From NCBI GenBank assembly GCA_964016885.1, contig OZ024742.1:75392001-75456000 (forward strand): a stretch of 64,000 nt of DNA, in the 5' to 3' direction. This document shows, piece after piece, positions 41,881-57,503 of the stretch (position 1 is its first letter; the number at the start of each line of letters is the position of its first letter). The notes under the pieces are model-generated. The model saw only the letters and a list, made by a program, of their open reading frames with translations. It was not told the DNA's origin and did not search any database. Position numbers and translations under genes: made by a program. This DNA comes from Eledone cirrhosa. Its lineage: Eukaryota.

Positions 41881-43289
41881 GAAACCACACACATCTACTT
41901 GAACTTGAATAGCACGTGCCAATTTCGGTCCACCAAAGACCAAATCCTAGCTTTGTTGCTACCCGGACCCATCTAACAGGATTCTTTCCTTCGCATTTTA
42001 GATCTGATAATGCAAACTTTGTGTTTCGCATTTAAGAAATCGTTTAGTATTATTCTTGCAGTTAACACGGCGGTTGCAATGTCACTCGTAATCATCTCTT
42101 CTACTTAACTACTAGCCATCAAATATGTGTGTTCTGTTGCTGTCTCTTTACGTGCGGGGAATGACGCATTATTCCTCTATCACGATCAACTATGCAGATC
42201 ACAAATTTGTGGTCTGAATTGGCTTCCGTTTATAGGTAGATGCCCTATGATATTCCTATTCCTGAAACTTCACACAAAACTACATCGAAAACACCTGGAG
42301 GGCATTTAAAGTGCCATTCTTATAACTATATATACTAAGCAGAGTAAGTATATAATATGATGCGCTTTACGAAGTGTAATTAAACCTATCTGTTCAGTGT
42401 GTTCATTAGAATATAATATAGCTACAGAAAGAGAGTAGCGTTAGTATTCCGTAATCTCTGTTTCTAACATCGTCATAAGGTGACATATGTTTAGTAAAGC
42501 TACAGTTTAGAGAAGTTGCATATATTTAATATAGACACAACTAATCTTAGTATTTGACCGATCTTACTATGAATAAAATATAGAGTTGACCTCGGCATAA
42601 AGGAGGTCATAAGCGGTAAATAAATACGGCAATGCCTTTTGTCTGCTCCTCTAACGATTCGCTCAATGCACCACAGTTTATTCCCTTACATTAATATTAT
42701 ACTGGAGAGGACGATGAGGAGGAAAAGTTGGATTTGGAACAGGAGAAGAAGAAGGATCACGTCGTTTGTAGTTTTCATTTTGAAGTACTATTATAACAGA
42801 TGATGGTAATGATGACAAGATAGATGCTGCTGCTGATGATGATGATGACGGTGATGGTGATGGTGATGATGATGATTATGATGATGATGATGGAGATGAT
42901 GATAGCAATAAGAAAATAGAAGCGTTGAAAAAACAATTGAATCTAAATTGATTTTGTATCGACGCCATATACAATTAACTGATACATTGGTACTTATTTA
43001 GCATTGAACACTGAGTTCTTCATGAAAAATATATTGAAAGACATTCTCAAGTGGTCTTAAGTGGAAAGTAAATAATTTGATTAGATACTCATGAAGAGAT
43101 GCAGTTTAAAGGCACGGCTTATTAACATTTGGCTGCAAAGGGTGGAAGATTCACGCGGAAAGGAAATACAGGGCTGTCATGTTCTTTGAGGACACGTTTT
43201 TAAATAGTTCTAACTGGTTCCGATTATAATTTCTTTCCAGATAAATCACGACGGGCATCAATATAACCCAGCAAATAAAAATGCACGGT

Positions 43290-43840
43290 CTAACCGTTGC
43301 TTTAAATGCAGAGCATAGTAATTTAGGGATTGCTCCCATCCTGAAAGTTGCACGGTCATTTGGTTTCAAGTTCGCAAAGGGCTAAACACTGCAGAATGTG
43401 ATTCTACAGCCGTAATCAAAGTTAAAATGCCTGCCGAGGATCCAAATGCTATAAGAATACCCAAATTTGCATGAAAGGTACAGAAATGTCTCGATAAAAT
43501 CCCCAGAAATCAATTAATGCAATAGCTAAGGGGCGGAAGACTTCAAGGCACACTATAGGAAGAATTGGCCATGAGAATCTTTGATACAGGTTCTATCTGA
43601 TGCAGTAAGCAAACACAAAAGAAAACCATCTTATCTGTGAAAAGCATTTATGAGTAAGTTGATACACCTTGAGACTGACTGGAATGCCTTGGTCCTTCTC
43701 TTTTAAGAATGACTTTGATCAGGACTAATAGGTCAACCAAAGGAATTACAGATGGTTACGTAGAGACATTAAATGCGTTTCAACGGTCGTACGTACACAT
43801 GTTCTGGCAACTGTTATGCTTCTAGAACTCGTGAGCAAGT
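43290..43840 (+). mobile_element. Highly degenerate Tc1/mariner-type transposase remnant
   Basis: Piecewise translation W-S-F-S..NDFDQD..VNQRNYRWL...ATVMLLELVS resembles the SDEK..N.RNDR region. Confidence 0.55.
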
Positions 43841-44399
43841 ACTTTCATAGAATCGAAGTGAAGTTACTAGACCTCATCATATGTTGAAGTTTCTTCAAAC
43901 CTTAATTAATTATCTCACATTTTAAACAATATACAAAATTATCTCACAAAATTAAAATTTACGAAACAGACTCTGTTTCAAATAAAGCAGTCCTCTCAAA
44001 ATCTTTGTCAAGACGTACAGAAAGACGAAGCACCACAACATATAATGGCATACACACGAAATTGAAGGAACTAGCCATTCTGATAACCACAAGACTATAG
44101 AAGACACCTCTGTGTCTTTCACCCAGCGTTCCGTATAGTTGTATTTAACTTATCATCTGCAGTGTGTTATAGAATCAATCGTATGTACAGGGTGACTGTA
44201 AGTTTAAATGTGAACTGTTAATTGTGATAGTTATTAAATGCTAATAGCTGGATTTCTCCTGATGTAGGTAAGTGGCTTTTTAAATCCCAGAATCTAAATT
44301 TCATTAAAGGTATATCCAGTTCTCTCAATTCTAATGTCGGTATACATACATCTGTCTCTTTGATAGAAAGCTAGACTGCTACGCTAGAATAGGTTTGCC

Positions 44400-44990
44400 T
44401 GTCTTATCCCTAATATTTATCTAGCAGTTCGTCAAGAAATGGAGCTATGCCCCTTGTTGTAAACGTATAACATGTGTAGTTTCCACATTAGCCGAAGTTG
44501 TTATGAAGGTAGGCACATTTGTACTCTATTCGATATCATGCCACCTCTGCAGTGGCCACCTCCCATGATATGCCACATTCAATGATAACCTTAAACGTGG
44601 CTTCGCTGCAGCTGGCTTCCCATCGAAGATCGCTTCCCAGTTAGAACCGACAACATTAGACCAATGAGACGTCAAAATACCTAATAATCTTCTAGTATCG
44701 AGGTGTTAAGTACCTTATCTGAGATGTGACCTGCAATAATACTTTCTCTGGTGGCAACCTAGTGAAATCAGCATCAGTCCCAGGCTTTCTTGTTCGTCAG
44801 CTTGATTATCCCAAGCTGACACAGTATCGGCGGGTTTGTCGTCGAACTATGGAAACATCTGTCATCCTGGGAATCGAACCAACTTCTTACGAATATGGTG
44901 ATGTCTATCTGCAGGTACAAGAGCCGTCAGTCGGACAGGCTCTTTCAATACATCTTGCTCGCTATAATGTGAATTTATGTATTCATAATT
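44400..44990 (+). mobile_element. Degenerate CRE-clade non-LTR 3' region (Zn knuckle and RLE)
   Basis: NDNLKRGFAAAGFPS...LEP, I*DVTCNNTF (WDVTC.DT) and METSVILG. Confidence 0.65.
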
Positions 44991-46398
44991 CTGTCCAGGA
45001 AGCAACAACAATAAAATAGATGCTATTATTATTTTTTCTTCAGCCTTTTCCCTGTAATTCATTTACAAATACATTACAGCCATTTGACAAGTAGCATAAC
45101 TTGGTAAAAGATGAGCTGCCTGAAGTCAAAGTGTTCATTAGTGCGATTATGAATCAACGAGCAATCGCAATCACCAATAAATCGAAATTATGTCCAGCAT
45201 CATACAAAATAACTACCTTATATTTTTGATTCGACTTTTATCGCAAATATTACGAACGTGCAATGCAATGCCGATAAGATCAATGAGATACACACAAAAA
45301 TGAACAAATAAATTTAGAAAAAATAACATATTAAAGGAAACTATCATTACCGACTGCAATGGAAGCAATGACCATGATAGTAATATGATCAAAAGAAATA
45401 TTAGATGAATTTTTTTGAAAAAATCTTCTCAATTAAGAATTTGTGTGTATTTTGTTTTTCATGTTATCAGTAAAATGATTAATTGACGATTGGCTACATT
45501 CAGTTATCTTTTAATTACGCAGATATCCCCATGTAATTAACTTTATTAAAAAGAAGGAACATTATCTGCTTATTTACACGAGCTAACGTTATAAAAACTC
45601 TAAAATATATAACAAATATAACTGAACTATTGAAGGAAACATGGACTTAATGTTCCTTTCCTTTAAACGTAGAAGCAATATACAGCGTCTGAGTTTATTT
45701 TGGCGTTGAAATATTTTCAACTAATTTCTAGACAATGCATAACTTTTCTCGCTGATGTTAATGTGCCACATAAGTAAAATGGATTAAGCCAAAGATGGAA
45801 ATATTGTTGTTGTATGGAAACTTCTTAGAAACTATCTCTTACGCACCATCTTCCTCCACCATAGAATAATTAACAACTGAATGTACCTTAAACTCGAAAC
45901 ATTATACTACAATTGAGAAGTTACCTGTTAAGTCAATGAATGACGACTGTTAACTAAGAAAGAATAAAATCGAGCCAGAGATAAACTACTAGCAAGATGT
46001 ATAAATATGCAGCATATATGTATGAATGATAACAGGACAAATATAGTTTCGAATATTTATATAATTTTATTATCTTTTTGCCCACATACAAACTGGTTCC
46101 AGAAAAATATATTGCACAGAAAAAGAAAAACAGGCTTTAGAAGTATATGGAGTAAAAAAAATTCATTTGAGACTAGTGCTGATTTGCGGTGATAACATTT
46201 GTAAGTATTGGTAATTCTTGATGTTTGATAAAGAGAAATTAGTGATGTTTCGGAAAAAAATCCCCCACCAAGGAAGGAGAACAGAAATTTGTGTTTGCAC
46301 TTGTGAGGGACCGAAGTGGTCATGGCGAGAAAAGGCTTTGGAGACAAAATGGAAGAGACTTAGGAAAGGCTGAACTAGAAAAAGAATAATAGGGATAA

Positions 46399-46432
<34 letters not shown>

Positions 46433-47987
46433 GAGGGGAGAGTGAACGAGGGAGAGAGAGATATTAAAAAACGATCGAGTGAAGGTGAGAAGAGATACAA
46501 TACAAGCGAAAAGGAAGGGAGGGAGGGATTAGATTATAAGGGAATAATGTGAATATTTGGAAGTTGAAACTGGAGAGCCCCAGCTTCAAGGGGCTTGACA
46601 AAAAACAATTTTTACACACACATTAGGAGATACATAAGCAATGAATGCTGTGCTACAGGCTTGCTTGTTCTCACTTCATACACTCACACTATAACATAAA
46701 AACAACGATAGGAATGAAATAAAAAAAATACATAAATATAATAAAAATAAAAGTAAAAACACATCTGTAGAGGCATTTTGAATAATTTACTTGCATAAAT
46801 CCATATGAGTTTGTTTCTCTGCAAGCCCAATGGATTCCAAGATATTTTCGATTCTCCGACGAAGATATTTCACATTACTTATACTGCTAAATTTCCTCAA
46901 AAAGACTTGAAATACATTCCCCAACTAAAACATAGAAACGTACGTATAATGAAAAGAAACCAATGTCCATGAAATATTTCTCTGCTGGAAAATGCTTCAG
47001 CTTTCGATAAAATACATTTCGTTATTGCTTTTATGATTTAGAGATTAAAATAGATTTGACTACAAATATTGATTTTCTTGCAACTTCATATTATATACGA
47101 GAGGGAAGCTGCAACAAAACTACTGAGTCGCATGCGTCTTATATAAATTACACCTGGATATCAGACCCATTCATGACCTTTTTCGCAATTTGATGGAAAA
47201 ATTGATTTTATAGATGCTTCAAGTACAGAAAGTAAAAGAGACAAGGTGGCTAATGCTATTTTATTAAACACAAGAAACATTTATTTATCGTATAAGTATT
47301 AGACCTTTCGGCACCAAATATCTAGACATCTTTTAAAATATACATCCAAAATCATTAAATATATTGCAGCAACAAATTGTAATAGTATGCATTACAATTG
47401 TTCTAATTACATTTGACAAAGTGCTTCAAGGTGAAATATTAAATGACAACCTCAAATAAGCTGACGGCTTTAAGCTTCAAGCTTTACATATAGAAGCATA
47501 CTAGATTACATATTCTTCTACATATGTTCTTCATGTTTGGAATGTAATAACTTATTTTAATTTGTCTTGATGTGGAAAAAATAGGATGTTGTATTAAAGA
47601 GATTGCTTGTAAAATCCGCTGAGGTTTGTTATGAAGATTAATGCATTTACCACCACTCATTATGTATATCAAACGCGAAAGAATAAAACACACACACCCA
47701 TTACATACACACATACACACACATATACACGCACAAACACACACATATTTATATATATATATTTATATATAGAGGGAGAGAGAGAAATGCCTTCTACAGG
47801 ACGAGAACTGTTTCTTGCGTATGAAACCACCAAGAATGTAAAATATTGGTGATTTCATATTACGGTTCTAGTCTTGTGGAAGTCATTTTATATGTATGAT
47901 AAAGTTCCCCATACTCTACCAATCTACTGAGTACTTTATTTAACTGTGCTCACCACCCAACTCAACATGGGAATCTACATATTATAT

Positions 47988-48147
47988 ATGTATCAAAGGC
48001 ACGTATTGAGTTAGAAACTCAAAATAGTCATTACAGTAAATTAGCTCTAGGAAAGAGGTTTTCCGAGCCGTATAGTATAACTGAACAAAAAAAAGAGACT
48101 GTAATGAGACTATTTTAAGTTTCTAACTCAATACGTGCATTTGATAT
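47988..48147. repeat. Inverted repeat with ~48-bp arms
   Basis: tatcaaaggcacgtattgagttagaaactcaaaatagtc / gactattttaagtttctaactcaatacgtgcatttgata. Confidence 0.85.
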
Positions 48148-48320
48148 ATTCGGCTCCGGTAATTCGTCGAGCTAATTCAAATGTCGAGTAAACTCGGCTG
48201 CTATTTTTAGTGGCGTGTGTGTGCGAGACACGCTAAGTTCGAGAACCATGTGCGTTATATATACACACACTATCCAGTTTTTTTAATTATATTTAGAAGT
48301 GATCAGGATACTAATTTCTT

Positions 48321-48401
48321 CACTCGGTGATGAGCTTAGGACTTTGGTACTCCTTTTCACAAATAATATTGCGAAACAGTTTGATCAAAACTGTCCGGGT
48401 G
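48321..48401 (+). ncRNA. HHR motif with C3G substitution
   Basis: cactcg-gTGATGA-gc...gc-GAAA-cagttt-gatc-aaaactg-TC-cgggtg. Confidence 0.68.
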
Positions 48402-48588
48402 TTCGGTTGTTACTACAATTATGGTTTGTATTTATTTTTCTTGATTTATTCTTAAATTGAGTCTGACAAACCCTATTGTCTGTAGTTAGTATTTTTTTCA
48501 CCTTAACGATTCTGGTCCATTACGATTTGAACGCATATATGTATATGTCTGTGTTCGTTTTTCTTTTTGTTCAGTTATACTATTACAC

Positions 48589-48637
<49 letters not shown>

Positions 48638-48667
48638 CACACACACACACACACATACACACACACA

Positions 48668-48783
<116 letters not shown>

Positions 48784-48899
48784 TATATACATGACGGCGA
48801 TGAATTTGTTTTGCGAGGTTTTTGATATGAAATCGTGTGTCGAAACAAATATTGTTATACTTGGTGAGGGTCATATTGTTGTAATAATATTGACAGAAT

Positions 48900-50080
48900 T
48901 AATAACGGAACACACTCTCTGTTTGACCCAACAGAAATGGAAAGACACATCCAACACTTCATCAACCGCATGCAGTTTTCTGCCTACAACAAAAGAGCCA
49001 GAATCAGGGTATACGAAGGAGCCATGGAGAAGTATAAGACCCTCATAGAACTGGACATGAAAGGAATTGGCCCATTATACAGGAGCAAATCATGAAATAG
49101 CTTAGATAGGACTAGACATAAGATAGGGAAAGTCACCTCATGGTACGACAACCAGAGATACCAGAGTGTCATGTTCGTGGACGCTACCCCTGAAGGGAAA
49201 TTAGTTAACCAGTGTAGAAATGCCCTGATAAAGACACACTTAAAGATTAAGGTGGTAGAAAAGCCAGGAACCACCATAAAATCCCTGATCAGCAAAACGT
49301 AACCTTTTAAGAAAACCCACTGTACTAATAGGAAATGTATTATATGCAAAGTAAACCCCCGGATAAACTATAAAACTAGAAACGTAGTCTATAACATAAT
49401 ATGTACAGAGGGTACTTGCAGAAACATGACAACATACATAGGCGAGAGAGCTCGTAGCATAGGTGAAAAGATAGACCAACACTGGGGAGGATCTAAAAGG
49501 AAGAAAAAACGGTTCAGTACTATACAAAACACGCCAGACAACAACATGGCGGTAACATAGACAACATAGAAATTAAAATAATATCTAAACATAGAAATGA
49601 CCCAGCAGATAGGCAAATCAGAGTGGCCAGTGAAATAGAACTTAGAAGGCCAAAGCTAAACAGAAAAAATGAATGGAATAACAACACCCAAACAAACAAT
49701 ACTGACCTAAGAGAAATATAAATAAATATATACACAAGCACTATAACAACAAACACATATAAACACACACTAGTAAACCAAAATAGAATACAATAACCAA
49801 AACACAGTCACCTAAACTCGAACACACATCAAACACTATACACACACGCAAACGCATGCGCAGAGAAGAAGACAAAAATAAACAAATAAATACACAGATT
49901 AAATAAAGATGAGGTAGACATACAATGCAACAGGAGGAAACATAATAGCATCACTAACGATGTTGCAGATGTGCAACGAAAGAACTTTGTTAGATTATTA
50001 ATGTGTTTATGTCTATATTATATCTTTATTTTTCACCGTTGGTAGTCAATGGTAAACATTGAGGACCGAATAAATTAACT
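48900..50080 (+). mobile_element. Degenerate PLE 3' part (non-Naiad-type linker and GIY-YIG) with a decayed HHR at ~49950-49995
   Basis: GPLYR, VMFVDATPEGKL, KVVEKPG, CIIC, NVVYNIIC...TYIGER. HHR reads ctaacga-t-gttgca-gatg-tgcaac-GAAA. Confidence 0.75.
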
Positions 50081-50182
50081 GATATAAAAGATACGGAAGC
50101 GAAAACCAACCAAACAGTGAGTGTGTTCTGTTATTAATTATGGCAATATTATTAAAAGTATAACAATATATATATATATACA

Positions 50183-50253
<71 letters not shown>

Positions 50254-50271
50254 AGAAAACTCACCTCCTAC

Positions 50272-50419
<148 letters not shown>

Positions 50420-50464
50420 GAGAGTAAAACAAAGAAGCCTTCAATACATCAAAAGTCTTTATTA

Positions 50465-50502
50465 GCCGACAATGTTTCGTCCTATTAAGGACTCATCAGG
50501 GC
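50465..50502 (-). ncRNA. Minimal type I HHR with canonical core
   Basis: gcc-CTGATGA-gtcct-taat-aggac-GAAA-c-att-g-TC-ggc. Confidence 0.9.
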
Positions 50503-50749
50503 AATTCAAACAACAAGAAGTAATAACGGCAGATACAAGCCAGAAGCTCCGAAGAATATGGAGTGTACATATACTAAAGTATTGCAAAAATATATAATAA
50601 AAATAATAAAAATATATAATGAAAATTACTAAGGATGTATGTGACATTAAGAACCATATTACAAATATAGTCCAAAGCAAAAAAACCTATAGCTAGACAA
50701 AGGTGGTTATATAGATCAGGAATCATATATAATATAATGTAATAATAAT

Positions 50750-51591
50750 GATGGCGGGATATTTGATAATGGTAGAGTCCGTAAGAATAAAAATAGAAGG
50801 CGATTAAATACTTATTTTAACCCGCCATTTAATCAGGAAGTATCAACTAATATCCCTAGGTCTTTCTTCTCTATCTTAGAGAAAAATGTCCCCCCCCTTC
50901 TCATAAATACCATAGTATTTTTAATAAAAATGTTATTAAACTTTCATTCTCTACCACCCCTAATATTAGTTCTCATTTAGCTAGCACTAATAATAGGAAA
51001 ATTAGGGATGGATTCTCCTCTCTATATACTACTAGTCTGAACAGATCTGGCAATGCATTACCACCGGAACAGTCCTTATCTAATAGCAATCCTACGTGTA
51101 ATGCATCACCACTTGAGCCAACCAATAACACCCGGAAGTGTAATTGTAGAGTGAGTGCTAACTGCCCTTTAAACGGTAACTGCCTTTCTAAGAACATTGT
51201 CTATGCTTGCGAAGTTACAACTAATTCCTCTAATAGAACTTATATAGGCTCCACATCTAACTCTTTTAAGACTAGATTTAACTCCCATATCTCCAATTTC
51301 AAACATGTTAGGTTTAAGAATTCCACTTCTTTAGCACATTATATCTGGGATCTTAAGGGAGCTAATATACCATATAGCCTTAACTGGCGTTTAGTAGAAC
51401 GCTCTAACCACCTTTCGACACATACTAAGTTTTGTAATCTCTGCATCCTTGAGACACACTATATAATTTTCTCTAGCGTACCCTTACTTAATAGAAAGTC
51501 TGAGATATTCTCTTCTTGCCCCCACGCTATTTCTAATTCATACTTTTATTATAAACCTAAACGTTCTAGTAGTACAAATTGTAGCCATTAG
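50750..51591 (+). pseudogene. PLE linker and GIY-YIG endonuclease (truncated, frameshift near 50895)
   Basis: YFNPPFN, HKYHSIFNKNVIKLSFS, CNCRVSANCPLNGNCLSKNIVY...YIGSTSNSFKTRFNSH...SLAHYIWDLK...CNLCILE...CPH. Confidence 0.9.
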
Positions 51592-53400
51592 CTGATATAT
51601 TCCATTATTTATTTTTAGTTTAGGTTCCTTTGTTTGCCAACGTCATTATTATTATCATCATTATTACCATTGGTTTCCTGATGACTCTTTATTTTAGCTC
51701 TCATAATCTTTTGGCTACTGTACCATATCTATCTTCTTACGCATTAGATTTTCACTATTACACCTTTTGAATTATATAAGATTATATATTTTACGCTATT
51801 TATTTTATTTTTATTTTTATTTTTACTTTCATTTTTATTTTTATTCGGATTCTTCTTTGGATAACCCCCCCCCCCATGCGCACATAAACTTATTGTCATC
51901 CCCTCCAAATTGACTATGATTATATTTAACACCCCCCTCTTTTACGCTCCTTTCTATTAAGTAATATAGTATATCGACTATATTTATGCCCCTTTGCATC
52001 CTCCATATATTTCTTCATTTCTGTCCCTATTGGCCTACCTTAATTCTGCTTAAGTCATTTTTTAGGTATCGTTATGTATATGATAGGAACAAATTTTCAT
52101 TCCTTTTTGTAAACATTGTAACGAAATATTAATGTTTATAAACTTTAATTACTTAAACTATAGCTAATATTATACTGCCTTATTAGATAGTTTAAATATT
52201 TTTAATATTAATTTATCAAATAGGGTTTTCGAGTCATTTTCACGTGTTATTTCCTTAGGTTTTACTTAAATACTTAAATACTTAACTGCATGTGAGACCT
52301 AAATGCATACGTTTGTTTTTGTTTTTTAATCTCCGGGTGATTCTATTTATATATTTATTTATTTTATTCTATATTTTATACTGTATATTTTATTAATATT
52401 GTGCATTGCATTTACTGTCTGGCATTTACTCACTCATCCATATATATGTATGTCTACCAACCTTGTAATTATAAGTAATTATATATTATATTATGTTAAC
52501 TTATTTTATATAATATATTATATTGTATTTTTTATTGTAATATTGATCCTTATCACTTACCGTTAATTATATGTAACATTATGATATGTTAAACTTTATA
52601 TATCATGTAGGATCTTTGTATTTTTGTACCCACAAAATTCCTTTGGGGATATTGTACAATTTATTTATTTTTCCTCGCCTACTCTGTAACCCAATATGAA
52701 TTGATTTGTTAACTTATATATTGTTGATTATAAGTGTTAGTATATTGTATATTATACATCTTGGTATGTTATATTATATTATAATTATATTATTATTGTG
52801 ACATCTATATTGTTTGTGTAAATTAACCGGAGATTATCCATTCTATTATATTGTATTATATAGTATATAATTGTATTGTTTATTATTCATTATATATGCT
52901 ACTTATAATTATATCATATTATTACCCCATGTATACTGGGTAGATGTATTAGTATTATCATTATTATTATTCTCATTCCTATCATGCTCATTTTCATATT
53001 CAAACTCTTGATAAGGTTAAATTTGTGCAGTTGAAGATAGATGTGTGTATTGTTGTAGGTGTATGTGTGTGTGCGTGTGCACACATATATGCATATGCAT
53101 AATGTACCTTTTGATTTTTCATTGTAACTTTAATGTTGGTAAAAGTATAATTATATTATATTACATTATATTATATATGATTCCTGATCTATATAACCAC
53201 CTTTGTCTAGCTATAGGTTTTTTTGCCTTGGACTATATTTGTAATATGGTTCTTAATGTCACATACATCCTTAGTAATTTTCATTATATATTTTTATTAT
53301 TTTTATTATATATTTTTGCAATACTTTAGTATATGTACACTCCATATTCTTCGGAGCTTCTGGCTTGTATCTGCCGTTATTACTTCTTGTTGTTTGAATT

Positions 53401-53438
53401 GCCCTGATGAGTCCTTAATAGGACGAAACATTGTCGGC
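53401..53438 (+). ncRNA. Minimal type I HHR with canonical core
   Basis: gcc-CTGATGA-gtcct-taat-aggac-GAAA-c-att-g-TC-ggc, followed by AATAAA. Confidence 0.9.
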
Positions 53439-53587
53439 TAATAAAGACTTTTGATGTATTGAAGGTTTCTTTGTTTTACTCTCTTAATTTTTCGGCTCTG
53501 TTTAACTACATTGAGCTATACCGTTTACTGTCATTTCTATAATACGAAGAGGGGGTTTAACTCCAATACGCTCCAGTATTTTAACCT

Positions 53588-53760
<173 letters not shown>

Positions 53761-55070
53761 CATACATTATGGTCTTGTGGCTTTGTGATATCTATAATAT
53801 GAAAGTCAAATGAAACCCAGGACAAAGAGTGGAAACGAGCCTAACAGAGAACGGGAGAATAGGTCAGTCAGGGACACAGAAGAACGCACAACAATTCGAA
53901 GAATGATAATAAATACATGGAAAAAGATTATTGATAGGCAAAAATAAAAAAAAAATGGATGATATGCCCTGATAAAACCACCAATTGTTACAATTAGGGG
54001 ACACACAAATATAGAAAGTAAAACGCTAAGGGAAGAATAAAAGGACTTGTAAAAGTTAACTGGTACAAGATGCATCAACTTGTGTGATCTAATGTGAAAA
54101 GAAAGAATATGACATAGCCCCTATGACTTTGCAGAAAACAGGTGGAGATCATTGGGTAACGAGCACAAGCGGAGGTTTCTGATAAATAACCAACTCTGGA
54201 CCAAAGAATCGTCGACTTTTCTACAGAAAAATAATGGGTCTTGAGTGGTAGGCTTCTGATCGCCACTCTCCGTTGTGTTTTATTCTGTTTCCCAATCGTT
54301 TTTTTTTGTGAATCAACAAAGCCGAGAACATTCTCGCGGAGTTGTATCATAGCTTGTTTGTAATAAATCTCTCAATATAACTAGCTTAATCTTATGTTTT
54401 CTTTTATGTCTACCTATGTTATGCTCTTTAATTATGTTTTATTCTTTATTTATTTTTCGATTTCAATTATTTACCTGTGAGCTACATTTCGTTTGCTGTC
54501 ACGCTAAATAGATATTATGCTGGAAGCAGAAGGTTGTCAAACGTCGAAGAGATGTAAAAAGAAAGTAGAAGAATGAGGTGTTTATTTTACTGCCTTATCT
54601 TGCAATCTAGAAAATAGGATGTAGGTGCGAGTATGACAATGAAAGTCTCTTTCATATTAACATTTATGTTACTTTTAGCCGGACATGAAATATACAGAAG
54701 TGATTAAGAAAGTCCTCTACGACATGCTCTGAGGTTCCCTATGGTCCCTTTGATAATGGATGTTACATCTTAAATGTAGGGACTAATAAATATTTTCAAG
54801 CTAACGTTATCTCTGGTTCCTTTCCTTTCTTTCTTCATTTACCGTTTTTTTCTTTTTTATTCCTCTTCCCTGTTTCTTCACCCGATTTTGTTGCTTTAAT
54901 ATTTACAACTCAACATGAACTGCAGCGACTTCCAAAACGTGAGCCATTTTCATATGCATGAAATATGTGTGCCCAGACCCAAATGAATAGAACAGTCAAT
55001 CCCCATAAAGAAAACTTGGAAAATTCGTATAAAGTACCCATGTAGATGGATGATAAAGTCAGAGGTACCA

Positions 55071-55129
<59 letters not shown>

Positions 55130-55500
55130 CTCTCTCTCTCTCTCTCTTTTCCCCCTCTCTCCCTCTGTATATATATATATATATATATATATTCCTCTCT
55201 CCTCACCATTCCCTCCCCTCTGTTCTTCTTCCTCTTTTCCCTCTTTTTCCCTCCCTGTTCTCCCCCCCCCCCTCCTTTCTCTCTTCTTTTCCTCCTGGCT
55301 TTTTGATTAATAAAAGGCCTTGGGCGCTCCCGATCATACAAATTCAGCGCCAAAACTTCTGGATCGCGAATTTTTTTACAGCTGACGAAGGATTCTTTCT
55401 TCTTTTCTCCCCTTGTTCCATCCTAACCACCATCCTAAACCTTGTTTTTAGTAATCACACAGCTCCTTTCATTTCGTATCATTTTATATATATATATATG

Positions 55501-56075
55501 TACGAGGTGCTATAAAAAAGTTTCAGGATTGGTTATGTTGTGCGCCAACAGATGGCTACACACGGTTGCGCGTGCAGTGAGAGCTAACAGTGACATTCAT
55601 GCGCCAGTGTGCTGAGTGACGTTGCTGTATTTACTTCGCAAGTTGGGAGATTTGTGAAGTTGTTATCACGTGTATGCTGTAGCCTGCGATTTTGTCATGA
55701 ACAGGACTTTAGAACAAAGAACCAACGTGAAATTTTACATTCAACTTGGTAACTCTGCTACAGAGACATTGAACATGCTTCGGCAAACTTATAGCGACGA
55801 GGCAATGGGTGTACACAATGTTTCGAGTAGCACTTGCACTTCAAAAGCGGAAGAACATTCCTGGAAGATGACGAGCGACCTGGAAGACCTGCCACGAGCG
55901 TCACCCCCCGGAAATAAGGAGAATATTTATCAGCTTATGCATGAGGTTCGTCGGAGGAAATCAACGGCATTGCTGATGTTGTTGCTCTACCATATAGGTC
56001 GATGCAGGCAATCCTAACGTTTGAATTGAACATGCGGCGTGTCGCTGCCAAGTTTGTCCCTCGCCTGGTCACCAC
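55501..56075 (+). mobile_element. Mariner element 5' part (TIR and HTH region of transposase), frameshifted
   Basis: TA-CGAGG terminus. EQRTNVKF...SATETLNMLRQTYSDEAM, FKSGRTFLEDDERPGRP and LNMRRVAAKFVPRL. Confidence 0.88.
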
Positions 56076-56459
56076 ATGTTTTTCTCTAGTAAATGGTGCC
56101 TTGCGTATAGGTATCTGTTCAGCAGAAGCGGCTTGTTGGGTATTTCCTTCCAGACCAAAACGCCATAACGCATTCTTTCACATATGCACATTCATCTATT
56201 TATCCATAAAATAGATACGCACACACGCATATATATACATACATACATATATATATATATGTATATATAATATATGTATGCATATTTATATCTATGTATG
56301 TATGTATGTATGTATGAATGCAAGTATGTATGAATGTATATATGCATGTATGTATGTATATATGTATGTATGTTTGTTTGTATGTTATCTCTTTCTCTTA
56401 ATTTCGAGTATATCTTTTTGACTGGCCACCTTCCTGGTGGCAAGGTTGTAAAAGAAAAG

Positions 56460-56843
56460 AAATTGTCATCTCTGGAATCGCAAGAATGTTTTGCAAATTG
56501 TGAAGGTGCCAGCTATCGCAGCCATTTGTAGACTATGAATTAGGAAGCTGCGCTTTTTGTCCGCAAATCCAAGTTCAGTCATACTTTGGTCCAAGCGGGT
56601 TGGCATATAAACCGTAGCTCCAATAATGACGGGTGTGAAGCTAAAGATGTATCTTGTATACTGGATTTGTAAACTCCTCACCAATGGTCCGTAGATGTAT
56701 TTTTCTGACAACGCTTACATCAAGTGGGCAGCTGATCTCCACAACAGAACACATTTTCAATGTGTGGTCCCAAACAACAATATCAGGCTGGTTGTGCTTT
56801 AATTTGGTGGCAGTTTTTATTTTCAGGTTCCACCAGTACTCTT
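56460..56843 (-). mobile_element. RLE fragment of an R4/Dong-like non-LTR element
   Basis: WWNLKIKT...HNQPDIVVWD...VVEISCPLD and YGPL...PVIIGA. Confidence 0.72.
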
Positions 56844-57436
56844 TATGTATGTATGAATGTATGTATGTATGTATGTATGTATGTATGTATGTATGTATGT
56901 ATGTATGTATGTATGTATGTATGTATGTATGTATGCATGTATGTATGTATGTATGTATGTATGTATGTATGTGTAAAATATAAATAAGGATTGCTCTGCT
57001 AAAATATACTAAAATATTTGTGTAACTTCCACAAACTTCTGTCGTGACATTCTCGAGTCCAGTGACCAACAAATTGTTGTATTTTGATGTTTCAGAATAC
57101 AAAAATTAATTAAAAACTTACCACACGAAAAGACAGCGTGTGTTGTCCTATCTATATGCTCCCTCATTTACTTACATCTCAATATAACATCTCAATATAA
57201 CATGGCTAAAATTCAAATTTTGCAAAAAGAAAACGGTCAAATGAACTAGATACATCGCACTGCCCCCCGCCACCACAATAACTTCTACACTCTCTCCCCA
57301 CCATCACATGTCATTACCCTATCTAGACAAAAGTCATCGACCTGTTGTCAGACTCTCTACTCTCTGTTGAATGTGTATATATATATATATATATGTAATA
57401 TATAAGAACAAAAGATGGTTAAAAGAGTTCCATGTA

Positions 57437-57503
57437 TTTTATTATGCGCATTTCAAAAACAAATATCATCATATAATAATATTTGTGTTTTCATCAGATA
57501 AAA
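57437..57503 (-). ncRNA. Type I HHR motif
   Basis: Same family as 31483-31549. Confidence 0.8.

Noticed and set aside
51130-51591. Selenocysteine-encoding Naiad endonuclease
   Set aside because: Conserved Cys positions I could read here and near 11545-11590 use TGT/TGC, not TGA.
53820-54300. Possible Neptune-like PLE linker remnant (KPPIVTIRGHTNI)
   Set aside because: Too degenerate to support without an alignment.
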